A stretch of 64,000 nucleotides of DNA, from positions 1 to 64,000 of IMG/VR virus record IMGVR_UViG_3300045988_121141; one strand, given 5' to 3'. Numbering within the stretch: the first letter of the stretch is position 1; each line of letters starts with the position of its first letter. The notes under the pieces are model-generated. The model saw only the letters and a list, made by a program, of their open reading frames with translations, made no database searches and was not told the origin of the DNA. The translations under genes were made by a program, and so were the position numbers. Below are positions 19,398 through 30,600 of the stretch, in pieces. The stretch is from a virus.

Positions 19398-19928
19398 ATG
19401 ATTAGAGCAAGATTTTACATTAGAAAGGATGACTGTAACAATAATTACCGTCCAGTCAAATGGCCTATAAAATATCCATATTGGTGTAGTGCAGAATCCA
19501 GTAATTCATTTGTATTGGTAGCGTATGCTGAAGATGAAGACAGCATAAAAGAACTGTGGCCGGAGGCGTATGATATTAATGTCTTAGAGAAAGATACCGA
19601 AATTAGATTCACATTAAGATTCCCTAAGCCGGAATGGTATGAATTGTACGAAAGGGAATTAGAAGAATGTGATAGATTTATATGGGTTACGGATGCGTGC
19701 CTGAGAGACGGTATAATAAGAAAAGTAAAAGCTAAAATAGAAGAGTATGGTGGTCTTTTGTTAGCCGACATCCCTGATAGGTTCACTCCTTATGAAATAG
19801 GAATGGATGCTTTTGAGAGCAAAGAAGAAGCTTTAAAACATGCAGAGGAACGGAGAGCGCACCTGATCGAATCTATTAAGAAAAAATTGAATGAACTTGA
19901 AAATCTAAAATTTGAATGCGATGATTAA
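19398..19928 (+). CDS. hypothetical protein (176 aa)
   Basis: ORF. Confidence 0.45.
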   Translation: MIRARFYIRKDDCNNNYRPVKWPIKYPYWCSAESSNSFVLVAYAEDEDSIKELWPEAYDINVLEKDTEIRFTLRFPKPEWYELYERELEECDRFIWVTDACLRDGIIRKVKAKIEEYGGLLLADIPDRFTPYEIGMDAFESKEEALKHAEERRAHLIESIKKKLNELENLKFECDD

Positions 19929-20634
19929 TTACGCAGCAAAAGCCAGAAAAGCTTATTTGATAAATAATTTCGATAAGATTCTTAACAGTCTTAACACGCT
20001 TCATTCGACGGTTGAGACCATGACGTTGTTCGTAAACGACCAGGCTTATAATTACATTCTTAAGCTAAAGGAGGTAATTAAAACCAGTCCTATGTATAAG
20101 CACAATATCAAGCGTCTTTTAAATGACATGGACAAAGAGATAAAGAGGTACAATGCTTCTATCTACTACATAAATAAAGAGCGTAGTGAGGTTATAGCTG
20201 ATATAACACAAGCGATGGAAGATTGCCTCATGCCATACATAGACAACCTGGCCGGCGCTATAAGGGCAGCCGTGTGGTCGAGGGGTGTGTCCGAGGAGCG
20301 GACGGAAGCGGCGGTACTGTCCCTAATCGTATCCTCCTTGGCCACGACATCAGGCAGACTTATCTCAGGTGGATATCAGATCATGAAAGAAATGGGTGGG
20401 GGTCAAGGTGGTAATCCATTTACGTTTATGAGCATTGATAAGATAAGACACTTATCTACATCATTATCTGATGCTATTACCGGTGGAGAAATAGCTCTTG
20501 AGGAAAAAGAAGCCAATGACATAACTAAGGCAATGGATATTTTTATTGAGAAAATGTCTGATTCGGATATTGTTGATAAGGTGATCAGCATACTTGAAGA
20601 GGCTGAATCTAAAAATAAAGAGGAGCGATCGTGA
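19912..20634 (+). CDS. hypothetical protein (240 aa)
   Basis: ORF. Confidence 0.45.
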   Translation: MNAMINYAAKARKAYLINNFDKILNSLNTLHSTVETMTLFVNDQAYNYILKLKEVIKTSPMYKHNIKRLLNDMDKEIKRYNASIYYINKERSEVIADITQAMEDCLMPYIDNLAGAIRAAVWSRGVSEERTEAAVLSLIVSSLATTSGRLISGGYQIMKEMGGGQGGNPFTFMSIDKIRHLSTSLSDAITGGEIALEEKEANDITKAMDIFIEKMSDSDIVDKVISILEEAESKNKEERS

Positions 20635-20822
20635 ATTATTTGGATGGGTATGTAGAAGAAGTTCTTTCTGAGCCGTACTATGACGATTATGGCTCTGGGG
20701 TTTTTAGGTGGTGGGTGAAAGTGTCTTACGTTTGTGAAGGCATAGGAGCTGTCACTACCTTAATGTTTGATACGAGAGAAGAAGCAGAGGCAGTAAAACC
20801 AGGTTATAAATTTTTATGTTGA
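20631..20822 (+). CDS. hypothetical protein (63 aa)
   Basis: Coupled ORF. Confidence 0.35.
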   Translation: MNYLDGYVEEVLSEPYYDDYGSGVFRWWVKVSYVCEGIGAVTTLMFDTREEAEAVKPGYKFLC

Positions 20823-22272
20823 AAATAATATGGTGCAAAATAACATTAAAAATAATAGATTCTATTCTGTAATACAAATGTAATTCGTATATTAGATATA
20901 TGATTCATAGACAATATTTATAGTATTAAAAAAATCATGAGATTAGCATACAAGTTCAACATAGGAAACAATGAAAATATATCATCTCTGTGCAAGATTA
21001 GCAATAACTTGTACAATCAGGCATTATATATTTTTAGAGAAACACTTTCTAAAGAAGATAAGTGGTTGTCCTATTTTGAACTTGATTCTATCATGAAGAA
21101 TACCAAGAACTTAGATGGAGACATTAATTACAGATTACTAAAGGCGCAATGTTCTCAACAAGTTCTTCGTATTCTTGATAAGAATATAAAAAGCTATTAC
21201 AAATCGGTCCAAGATTACAAGAAAAATACCAACAAATACAAAGGAAAACCAGGTCTTCCAAATTATAAAAAGAGAGGTTCTGAGTTCAATTTGTATTACA
21301 CGAATCAGAGTTGCAAAATAAAAGATGGGAAAATAATCCTATCAAAAGATCTTTCAATACCCATTCCTCAATATGAGAAGTATTCTGATTTGATAAAAGA
21401 TTTCAAACAGATTAGAATAAAACCATTATCATGTGGATACAAAATAGAAATCATTTATGAGGTAAAAGATGCTGAAGTATCTAAAGGTAGAGAAGAGAAG
21501 ATTGCTTCAATTGATTTAGGAATAGACAATTTTGTAACATTAGTTAGTGAAGATTTTACCTATCTTTTTAGCGGTAATTTTGTTAAATCATATAATCAGG
21601 GATTTAATAAAACACTTGCTAAATTAAATAGCATAAAGGATTTACAAAAGATAAAAGGAACAACAAAACGAATAAAGAAATTATATTATGATAGAGAACA
21701 GTACATAGAAGATGTTTTTCATAAAATCAGTAGAAAGATAGTTGATTTGCTTGTTGATTCTAAGATAACAAAATTAGTTGTAGGTTATAACAAGGGATGG
21801 AAAACTGGAGTAAACATGGGAAAAAGAAACAACCAAAAGTTTACCCAAATCCCTTTTGCGAGATTAGTTAGTTACTTAGAATACAAATGTGAATTAGTTG
21901 GTATTGAAATAGTTATTCATGAAGAATCATATACTTCGAAATGTGATTCTCTTGCATTTGAGAAGATAGGAAAACATGAAAACTATTTAGGAAAGAGGAA
22001 GAAACGAGGATTGTTTCAATCTTCAGTAGGAAAACTCATAAATGCTGATGTAAATGGAGCATTAAACATTATGAGAAAAGTAGTCGGTGATTCCTGTGAA
22101 TCAATTCGTAGGATAATCGATAGAGGGTTATTGTTTAACCCGGTAAGGATTACGAATGTATTTTGCTAAGAAGTACATTTTGAAACTTATAAAGAAATGT
22201 AATAGATTTTTATTTAATTTAATATTTTTCATAACATCGGAGATTCTATTAAAATCGTAAAAGTAAAATAAT
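20823..22272 (+). mobile_element. IS200/IS605-like TnpB-only (TnpA-less) insertion
   Basis: Single tnpB-like gene flanked by AT-rich non-coding arms (114 nt left, 103 nt right) sharing short motifs (atagattctatt / gagattctatt; aaatgtaat in both arms), inserted between two tightly spaced phage genes. Confidence 0.45.
20937..22169 (+). CDS. tnpB: TnpB-like RNA-guided nuclease homolog, apparently lacking RuvC-II Glu and the zinc-finger Cys (possibly nuclease-dead)
   Basis: N-terminal MRLAYKFNI.., RuvC-I IASIDLGIDNFV, YTSKCD, RuvC-III NADVNGALNIMRK; the segment aligned to the E-D-L-N RuvC-II motif reads LVVGYNKGWK (no acidic residue) and the CxxC..CxxC finger is absent. Confidence 0.7.
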   Translation: MRLAYKFNIGNNENISSLCKISNNLYNQALYIFRETLSKEDKWLSYFELDSIMKNTKNLDGDINYRLLKAQCSQQVLRILDKNIKSYYKSVQDYKKNTNKYKGKPGLPNYKKRGSEFNLYYTNQSCKIKDGKIILSKDLSIPIPQYEKYSDLIKDFKQIRIKPLSCGYKIEIIYEVKDAEVSKGREEKIASIDLGIDNFVTLVSEDFTYLFSGNFVKSYNQGFNKTLAKLNSIKDLQKIKGTTKRIKKLYYDREQYIEDVFHKISRKIVDLLVDSKITKLVVGYNKGWKTGVNMGKRNNQKFTQIPFARLVSYLEYKCELVGIEIVIHEESYTSKCDSLAFEKIGKHENYLGKRKKRGLFQSSVGKLINADVNGALNIMRKVVGDSCESIRRIIDRGLLFNPVRITNVFC

Positions 22273-22761
22273 ATGGAAAAGAATTTAAAACTCGTATGTC
22301 CAAAATGTGGCACCCCTCACCAGCCTCATTCTCCGCACACGATGGATGCAGATGGATTTGAAAGGTGTGAGATAAGAACTGTCATGGAAGACAGGGGGTG
22401 GTGCTACGAATGCTCTTTTTGGCAAAACATGTACGACAAACACAAAGACGATCCGGGATGGGTTAGGATAGACGGTGAAAGCTGGGTGCTTAAACCTATG
22501 GTGAAAAACGTACCAAACGGATGGAATAGCCTTGGATGTGGTGGAAGAAAGATGTATATCAATATCGAAGGGAAGGGTATTGTTACATCAAATAACTGCT
22601 GGTGCCAAGGTGATGTTTCGGATGCATTTAAGGATCTGATGCCTGATAATGCTACTTGGGCTACGAAGGAGGAATTTGACAAAGCTCCTGTAGTAGGATA
22701 TATTGTAGAAGGTATTGGTTTAGTTTTCACAGATAGGGAAGGTCATGAAGTTAATGCTTAG
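22273..22761 (+). CDS. zinc-ribbon protein (162 aa)
   Basis: CPKCG...CYEC motif. Confidence 0.45.
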   Translation: MEKNLKLVCPKCGTPHQPHSPHTMDADGFERCEIRTVMEDRGWCYECSFWQNMYDKHKDDPGWVRIDGESWVLKPMVKNVPNGWNSLGCGGRKMYINIEGKGIVTSNNCWCQGDVSDAFKDLMPDNATWATKEEFDKAPVVGYIVEGIGLVFTDREGHEVNA

Positions 22762-23002
22762 AAACTTATTTCATATTCCTATTAGAATAGTTGAAAGGAA
22801 ATTAACTAATGGAGAGGTAGAATATTGGTGCCAATATCAAAACATTCTTGGGAAATGGAAAAACAGGATAAAATACGATATGTTTGGCATGGCGTGTTAT
22901 GCTGTTTTTTATTCATTCGAAGATGCGTATGAATTTAATTATGGTAAGAACAAAGAAGAAAAGGTAAAGGTAGTGGACTCTTGTTACAAGAAACGGTTTT
23001 AA
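22745..23002 (+). CDS. hypothetical protein (85 aa)
   Basis: Last plus-strand ORF before convergent terminator. Confidence 0.4.
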   Translation: MKLMLRNLFHIPIRIVERKLTNGEVEYWCQYQNILGKWKNRIKYDMFGMACYAVFYSFEDAYEFNYGKNKEEKVKVVDSCYKKRF

Positions 23003-23009
23003 TAATTAT

Positions 23010-23047
23010 AGCACCAATAGTTCTTGGTGCTATAATTGTTTTTTTTA
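23010..23047. terminator. bidirectional intrinsic terminator between convergent modules
   Basis: agcaccaa-tagttc-ttggtgct hairpin followed by T-run (attgtttttttta) on plus and A/T-rich on minus. Confidence 0.6.
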
Positions 23048-23065
23048 TTTGAACTCATATCGCAA

Positions 23066-23773
23066 TTATTTGGTTATAGTATTATTATATACAGGGTTAT
23101 ATCTATCAGAAGGATCTATTAGATACAGCTTTACGTCAGCTTTAAATACTATGTAGCTATCATCTTGTATATTAGACTGAATATGTATTATAGAAACAGT
23201 GTTTAACGATACTGTATTATTAAGTCTACCTTCTATATTGACATTGCTATCAACAACCCCCAGATTCCATTTTGAATCATCCTTGTAAAGAGCTTTATAG
23301 ATAGGGCTGCCAGGTGTCCCTTCATCTGTCTCCTCTTTTATTTCGTAGGTGTAATTCAGGTTATATAATCCAGGAACAACATTGTAAATAGACTCTGGAG
23401 CGTGATTATGATAAACTTTATATTTTTTGTAAGTAATAGGAGTAGAAACAAGAACAAAGTTAATGACAGGCAAACTAACGTGTAGAATATTATAATCATT
23501 TCCATTTTGTGGAGAAACAATTATAGCTATTTTATCTAATCCTTGAATATCTGTACTATTTTCAGTATATGTATCTATCAATTCTCTATTATTAGAGGGC
23601 ACGCCCCCTGAGATACTAATAGAAGAGATGGTTGGTTTTGGAGTAACGTAAATCAAAGGACTGGAGCTTACGACACCTACATTTTTTTCATCTACGAATA
23701 TGGTTCCGCCTATACAGTTGCTATTTATTACATATTCGTATAGCTTAATATCATTTTTGTATCTTCTTCTCAT
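23066..23773 (-). CDS. MRRRY-N-terminal protein, Asn/Ser/Thr/Tyr-rich beta-type (possible fibre/receptor-binding-like)
   Basis: ORF; N-terminus MRRRY shared with three other genes in window. Confidence 0.5.
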   Translation of the reverse strand: MRRRYKNDIKLYEYVINSNCIGGTIFVDEKNVGVVSSSPLIYVTPKPTISSISISGGVPSNNRELIDTYTENSTDIQGLDKIAIIVSPQNGNDYNILHVSLPVINFVLVSTPITYKKYKVYHNHAPESIYNVVPGLYNLNYTYEIKEETDEGTPGSPIYKALYKDDSKWNLGVVDSNVNIEGRLNNTVSLNTVSIIHIQSNIQDDSYIVFKADVKLYLIDPSDRYNPVYNNTITK

Positions 23774-23777
23774 AATT

Positions 23778-24395
23778 TCATAAAATTAATTCAGTAAAAG
23801 GACGGACATAATGTGAACTACCCCTTGAACCTGTATCCAAATGATCTCCTTGGATGTTTATATCATAATACCACGAATAGGAAAATTTTGTATTTCGAGT
23901 GGATGTCCACATTCTATTACTCATTATCGTACCTCCTACCATTAAAAGGCATTCGTTTATTTCATTCGCATACAATGATATCAAAAAAAACTCTCCGGCG
24001 CCACCTACATATCCATTTTGACCATTTTTAAATAAATAGTTATTAGCTTTATTAAAAGCGTAATCTGTATTACTGGTATCATATTCAAGATACGCATTCT
24101 GATTTTCACGCCCCCAATAATCCTTTTTAATAGTTCCCATATGAGAACTATCTTGTGCAAATATATTGTCTATTTCTCCATCCTTACCCCAACGAAATGT
24201 GCCAATATATTCGGTGGCTATAACAAAACACACTTTATCTACAAGAGCTATTCCATTGCATAGATCATTGGAATATCCTTTATTAGACCAATTTTCTTTT
24301 GTATATAATCCTCCATCTACATGTTGGATGTATATGCCTTTATTGATTATAAGCGAGGGATTTACCCCCATCCCTATTTGAAATCTTCGTCTCAT
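23778..24395 (-). CDS. MRRRF-N-terminal protein (start taken at internal MRRRF; ORF track extends to 24482)
   Basis: Internal ATG giving MRRRFQIG matches family N-terminus; upstream 29 codons look non-coding. Confidence 0.45.
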   Translation of the reverse strand: MRRRFQIGMGVNPSLIINKGIYIQHVDGGLYTKENWSNKGYSNDLCNGIALVDKVCFVIATEYIGTFRWGKDGEIDNIFAQDSSHMGTIKKDYWGRENQNAYLEYDTSNTDYAFNKANNYLFKNGQNGYVGGAGEFFLISLYANEINECLLMVGGTIMSNRMWTSTRNTKFSYSWYYDINIQGDHLDTGSRGSSHYVRPFTELIL

Positions 24396-24609
24396 GATTT
24401 TTGTTTGCAAGATAGCAATAATTGACAACATAAAAGAAACCGGTTCCCTATCATCTCTGACTGAGAACCGGTAAGAAAACAATTTCAGAAAAAATTAAAC
24501 CTACATAATCTTTCAAGTAAGAACAAAAAAACGTACAATCTACTCTTTGACGATGCTAATATAACATATTGGAATCATACAAAAACAATGCAAGTCCGAT
24601 ATTCTTCGT

Positions 24610-27600
24610 CTATTTGTAACTAACGTCATCGTCTCCTTCCGAATCAGGAGTAGCGCCGATGAAGAACATCATTGACTTGTTGTTTGTCTGCTGCCACCAA
24701 TTATAGGCGCGCGCTACGTCTTCCGGCGTCTTGATATTATACCATTGTTTGATAAACGTCTGTTTGGCGAGTTGCCTAAATAGCTTAGACTCTCCTTTGT
24801 ATGTACCGGATGTTACTTTATCAAGTGAATAATTCCTAAGATCGGTAAGATCCTTCAGCTTCCTTCCCATAACAAACGGGTCGTTAATGATATCTACAAC
24901 GTTAAGCTCCATAATAAACGGCATCTGTGAAGCTATTTCGTTTATGGTTCTGAATCCAACGTAAGATCCAAATTGAGTAAGCCAACTTTCTTCGTTTTCA
25001 TCATCATCACGCCATCCGGCAAGAAGCATGGATACGGCTTGCATGATAAGGAACGTGCCGGCATAGACACTGAGGCGTTTGAGATTAGTTTTTTCTACCT
25101 CATTCATATTGTCTTTATTTTCGTTCCAGGCATCTATGATGTTTTTCATACCAGACTCGGAAGCCAGGCTAAATGTTTTGGCTATCATATTCTTTAACGT
25201 AATTGACAACCCTTCCTCTTCTTGCATTGTTTGGAAATTGAAGCCACGTCTTTTCCACAGACGTTGAGCCGCCAGCACCAACCATCCTCGGTGGGCGGTC
25301 ATGAACCTGGCTATCCAGTTGCGCGATGCGGCAGTTCGGTTTTCTTCATTCAAAGATCCGTTACATATCTGCGACAAGCTACGGACTTGATTCCTGGTTA
25401 TAGCCATCTGGGTTTCAACTTCCTCAACAGTAACACCCGATCCTGGCTTTACAACCACCTTCCCATCCACGACGTCTACCATACTCCATAAAGTACGATC
25501 TTTTAATGCATTCCATTCTCTTTTTATGGTACTCTGTTCTTTATTGCGTTCTTTTTCCATCTTGAAATCTTGGAACGTGTAGAACCGACCTTTGTAATAA
25601 CGAACATTGTCCATAGTAGCAATCATAACCTGCGGATCAAGAGGGTAGTTCAGGATTTCCATAAAAGCATACATAGGTGAACGCATTAAGGTCCTGGCCA
25701 CTCTATTATATCCGGCACCATACATACGATTTCGGATATTGAATATCCCCATTCTCTCACCTATGACATATAATTTGCTTTTTCTATCTATGTCTCCGGT
25801 TTCTGCTATACAAGATGGCGCAAGACGGGAAAACTCAGCCGATGCGTATTTAAGGGAATCTTTGCTTATATACTGTCCTACGGCTGATTCCATGATGAGG
25901 TTGATATGGCCGGTAAGGGCGCCGGTAGCTGCCACAAACGGGGACAGTGCCAAGTTCATGACCGACATAAATCTTTCAACGGCCATCATTATCCTGGTAA
26001 GGTCTACTGTGTATCCACCGATGTTTACCGTCAGTTTTTTGGTGTTCATCCTAATGCCATAATAATGGTCATTGAAGAAGTCCCTGAACATCTGATATGC
26101 TTGGGTTGCTTCAGCTTTCTTCCCGCCTTCAAATTGCTTATTCAGCAACATCTGTTCCAGTCCTTGGGCAAGCTCTATAGACTTCTGCTTTTCGTTGTAT
26201 AACGATGACTGCATCATAAGCATCGAATAAGAGTAGCCAAAATCGTGAGATACATCATCTTGGTTTTCCAATTCATATATGTAGTATTTAGGTATAGACC
26301 TAAGTCTGTCTTCCGGATCATATACTTCCCCTTGTCTGGTTTTACCGTATAAAGAATCGTCTACTCTGTCCAGGCACAGATCTGATACAAAATTACGAAC
26401 CGTATTTTTGAAGTTAATACCCAATCCTTCTATACGTTCTATATCTTGTTTGGATATCTGTGGAATAGCATACAGATTAGGGCTCTGCTCTTTATATAGA
26501 TCAAGGGATTGTCTTTTTATTTCCTTGAGTTTTTGAATCATATTCCACTGCTCTACGTTTTTAGTAGCGACCTCATTACCATCAGCATCATACTTAATGC
26601 CGAAGTCGTTGAAATACGATTCATCACGATACAGGCTCTTCTTGGGCATACGATGACCATACCCGTGGTCTTTTACATAATCAGGGTTACGACCGCTATT
26701 TTCGGCCTCGGATTCAGCCACCCATGCTCTTGCAGGGTCAAAAGACAGGTATGATATATCCATACCATAATCTTGTGTGGATGTCCCATTCTGTACGTCC
26801 TTAACCATCTGCGCTACATCTATCTCACCTCGACCGATTTTGTCGATCATAGCCGCATATCCAGTAGGCGCCATGCGTTTATAGTACGAAAAGACCTGGC
26901 TCCTGGCAAATTCATTAACGATATCGTTCACTTCAGCTACTCCGTTATCGTGTCCAAATATGTCAGACATCTTAGCTCTAACCGCATTCCTAAAATCTCT
27001 ACGATCTAGCTTTTTATCTATTCCCAATTTTTCTGACAAGTAGTTGGTTTCAGAGACGGTAAACATATATCTGTTATCTTGAGCCATGAATAACTTATCT
27101 CTAAGAGCCTGAATCCTTTTGGCTTTTTTGGCAGTAGTATGACGCTGTGCAAACTGCCATTCAATTTCCTTAGAGTCAGCAAGAGCATTTAAATAAGACT
27201 GATTTACTTCGTTTTCAGCCTTACTGCTTTTAGTAAGGTATTTATCAATATCTTCAAGACCCACCATCTTAGCATAATCTATCAAAATAGCGTAATCGGC
27301 TTCAATAGCTTCAGATGCGGCCCTAAAAGCATCTCTTTCAGATGAGGTAAATGTCGCTTCATTAATTTCTCCGATATCAGCCACATCTCGGTTGTTGCCG
27401 ATTATTTCCTTGATAATGGCCTTATTTTTTTCTATATCTTTTACAATAGAATCCACGTCAGTCGCATCTCTATCACTTGTCGTAGAACTAATGATATCAT
27501 GCGCCATTTTAAGATACGAAGCCTTGTTATTTGATTCGGTACGTGCCGACTGCTCCGATTCTATGTCATTCCAAAACCGATCGTTAAATGACAGGTGACC

Positions 27601-30600
27601 CCCCAACATAAGCGTCTTCAGCGCAGCTTCCCCTCCAGACTCACGCTGAATCGTTCTCAATCTTTCCAAAAATGATTCTGATACGGCATTAGTGACATTA
27701 TTTGATTCTTTTCTCCAAACTTCATTTATGGCTTGTATTTCTTTAGCCATCTTAAGTTGGTCGCCGGTTTTTTCAACACGTCTGGTACCAACATATATGT
27801 ATTCCGAAGCCGCTTCCTTACGTTGTTTACGAAGCAGTCCTTCTTCTTCGTAGTTACTACTCTTATAGTAAGCAACCTCATCAAAATTACCACCGCTATC
27901 AATAAAAGGCTGCCTCAATATCCGTTTTTGCCGGGAAAGAGCATTAAGATACTCTTTAGTTGTTTGAGAAACCGGATGCCCTAATTCTTCTTCGGCCTTT
28001 TTGTATATGGATTCCATTCTTGTGGCATAACTTTCACTAAATTCCAATTCTGAATTTTCAGCATCCCACTTTTCCATCTGCTCCGTATAGATCTTTTCCT
28101 GCTCGATGGTAAAAATATCGGTATTAACCCTATCGGACGATGGTTTGAATTTAGCGTTTTCAGTAACCGTATTTCCATCCTTGTCAACTACTTCTCTTTT
28201 AAATACGTAATTACGGTTATTGTCAACCACATCATTTATTTCTTCTTCTGATATCTCTATGTTCATGGCAGTCGCAAACGCTCGCATCTGCGCCAGCTTC
28301 TTATTACGATCGTATTTAGCCATATCAAGAGCACTACGAAGGTAATTAGAAGTTTTGCCGTCTACTCTCTGAAGCAGTTTTTCAAATTCATATTTGTTAA
28401 AACCATGCTTTTTCGCATATGCCAGGAAGTCGGATATGGCGGGCTGGGCATTCACCATCGCATTGTAATTGTCTTTGGCAATCATAGCTCCAAGAGCGTT
28501 ATTGAACGGGCTGGAAGAATGCTCTAATATACCAAACCACCTACTTATCCAAGAGACATCATGTTGAACTTTGTCAAAAAATTCTTTTACTCTCTTTACC
28601 TTATCTGCCGGCACATGAAGTTCATTCATTAACTTATCAAGCAACGTACTTTCATCAAGGTCTTGTACTGATTTAATATCAGACTGAATACCATTGATGT
28701 CGGCAATGACGGTATTGATCCTATTTGTATAATCCTGCTTTTCACGTTCATCAAATTCGGTACTTCTGTTACGGATATATCCTCGAAGATCGTTCATGAT
28801 CGGAAGAACCTGATTGTTGATAATATCTACGTTCTTTCGATCATTGGTATTGAAGTGAAGCTTACCGTCTTTGGTATCACCATGAAGGATGGTGTTCACC
28901 ACATTACTTAAGTATCTGACCTGAGCTTCGGCTGTGGAGATCATGCTGTTCATGGCAGCCGCCATCTCATTCTTGTCTATTTCGGTCTCTACCTTATTTA
29001 TCTTATCTTCTATGGTCTTAAGCTGAGCAAGGGTCATAGACGTAGTTACAGCCCTATCAGAGCTTATCTGACGTAAGTCTCTTAATGTTTTTCTTAGTGA
29101 TCTGATCTTGGACTCAAGAAACTTGTTCTTGTTCATAGAAGAAAGGGAGTATAATGTAAAGTCATTATCCTTTAACAGAGAGGTGTCAAATCCTTTATCT
29201 ATGTCAGTAATGGCAAGATCACGAATGTTTTTAATAACGTTATTCAAATCTTGTCTTTGGGTTGATAAAGCTGATTTAAGCCAGCTTACGATTCCAGAGA
29301 AAAGCTGCCGGACGCGCCCCAGGAAGGAGGTGGGCTCTACCGGCGCCTGTGCTGTGCCGGTCTGCATCTCCCTGGCGAGGATCTTTCCAAGAATTTCTCT
29401 CCTAACAGCATTATCAAGCTCAGCTCCTTCATATACTTTACCGTATGTATTATAATACTGACCTGCATATTGGTTCCACTCTTCCGTACCTTCCACATCT
29501 TGCAGAACAGCCTCAACAGCATTCTGATCTCTGTATGCCTCTACAAGGAAGTGGGCTGTTTCTTCTACTAAATCAGATAAAGTAGCATCTTCACCAACTG
29601 CTATTACGTTATTGGCAATATCCGCCAATGCCTTAGCAGAAGGTTCATGCCCGTATTTGGTTTGGTACTTCTCTATATAGTCGGTCATACCTATGACGCT
29701 AACGCCAAGAGTTTTCAGTATCTCGACAATAGAATTTCGTTGGTCACGTTCCTGCCTGCTATAATCCGATACGATCTTAGCTTTAGTATCAGCATAAAGA
29801 TCGTTGTCTTCTAATATGAATGAAACTACAAGCGCATCAAAATGATCGTACTTGGCGTCCAATTCATTGTATCTTCCTGACTTAAGATCGTTCTTTATCT
29901 GCTCCCTGCTAACCCTTTCCGTTCCTCCGGTGGCGAGCCTCATAGTCACCTTACTGTTATCCAACGAGCTTATGGTTATCATACCTTGGTCGTTCATGGA
30001 AACATCGGAACCAAAATGATTACGGAGCTCGGTGTAGGATAAGGCTGAATTGAAAAGTCTAATTTGTCCTGTATGACCTTCTCCTGTAAGATAATAGCTT
30101 CTTGTTTCAGGATCGAATATCTTAGATCCGGACAAAAGACCTTTCTTTATAAGGTAGTTAATTATACCACCTTTTGTTGATAAAGAAGTAGAAGCAGAAG
30201 CGGTCATGACCGGTATAAAAGATTTGGGATTATTAAGAACATACCTTCCAGCTTTGTAAGTAATGTCTGCCACGCCATCCCAGGCAGATTCTTGAACGGT
30301 GCCTGATAAGAATCCTATTCTAATATCATTCCCGCCAGAACGAAGAGCTTCTCCGTAATCTTCAAATAATTGATTACGATCGCTCATGAAAAACAAACGA
30401 GGCTCTCCGGTCTGATACGTTACACCCACAGGATTAGAATCTGTCTGTGGTAACTCTTCTGGGCTAAATATCTTAAGACCGTCTTTTATAACCATATAAT
30501 TAACACCCTTATCCTGTACCATAGATACGGGAGTGAAGTCCGAAGATATAGCATCTTGTAAATACTGACCGGCGTCTATTCCAGGTCCTTCCGGTACGGA

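Noticed and set aside
26190-26210. DADGN in the 2137-aa protein as RNAP catalytic DxDGD
   Set aside because: Third Asp is Asn; a single near-match in a 2137-aa protein is expected by chance.
24973-30000. Numerous 60-130 aa plus-strand ORFs inside the 2137-aa gene (e.g. 24973..25197, 25739..26062, 29108..29455)
   Set aside because: Antisense to an uninterrupted giant ORF, low-complexity or hydrophobic translations typical of shadow ORFs in AT-rich DNA.
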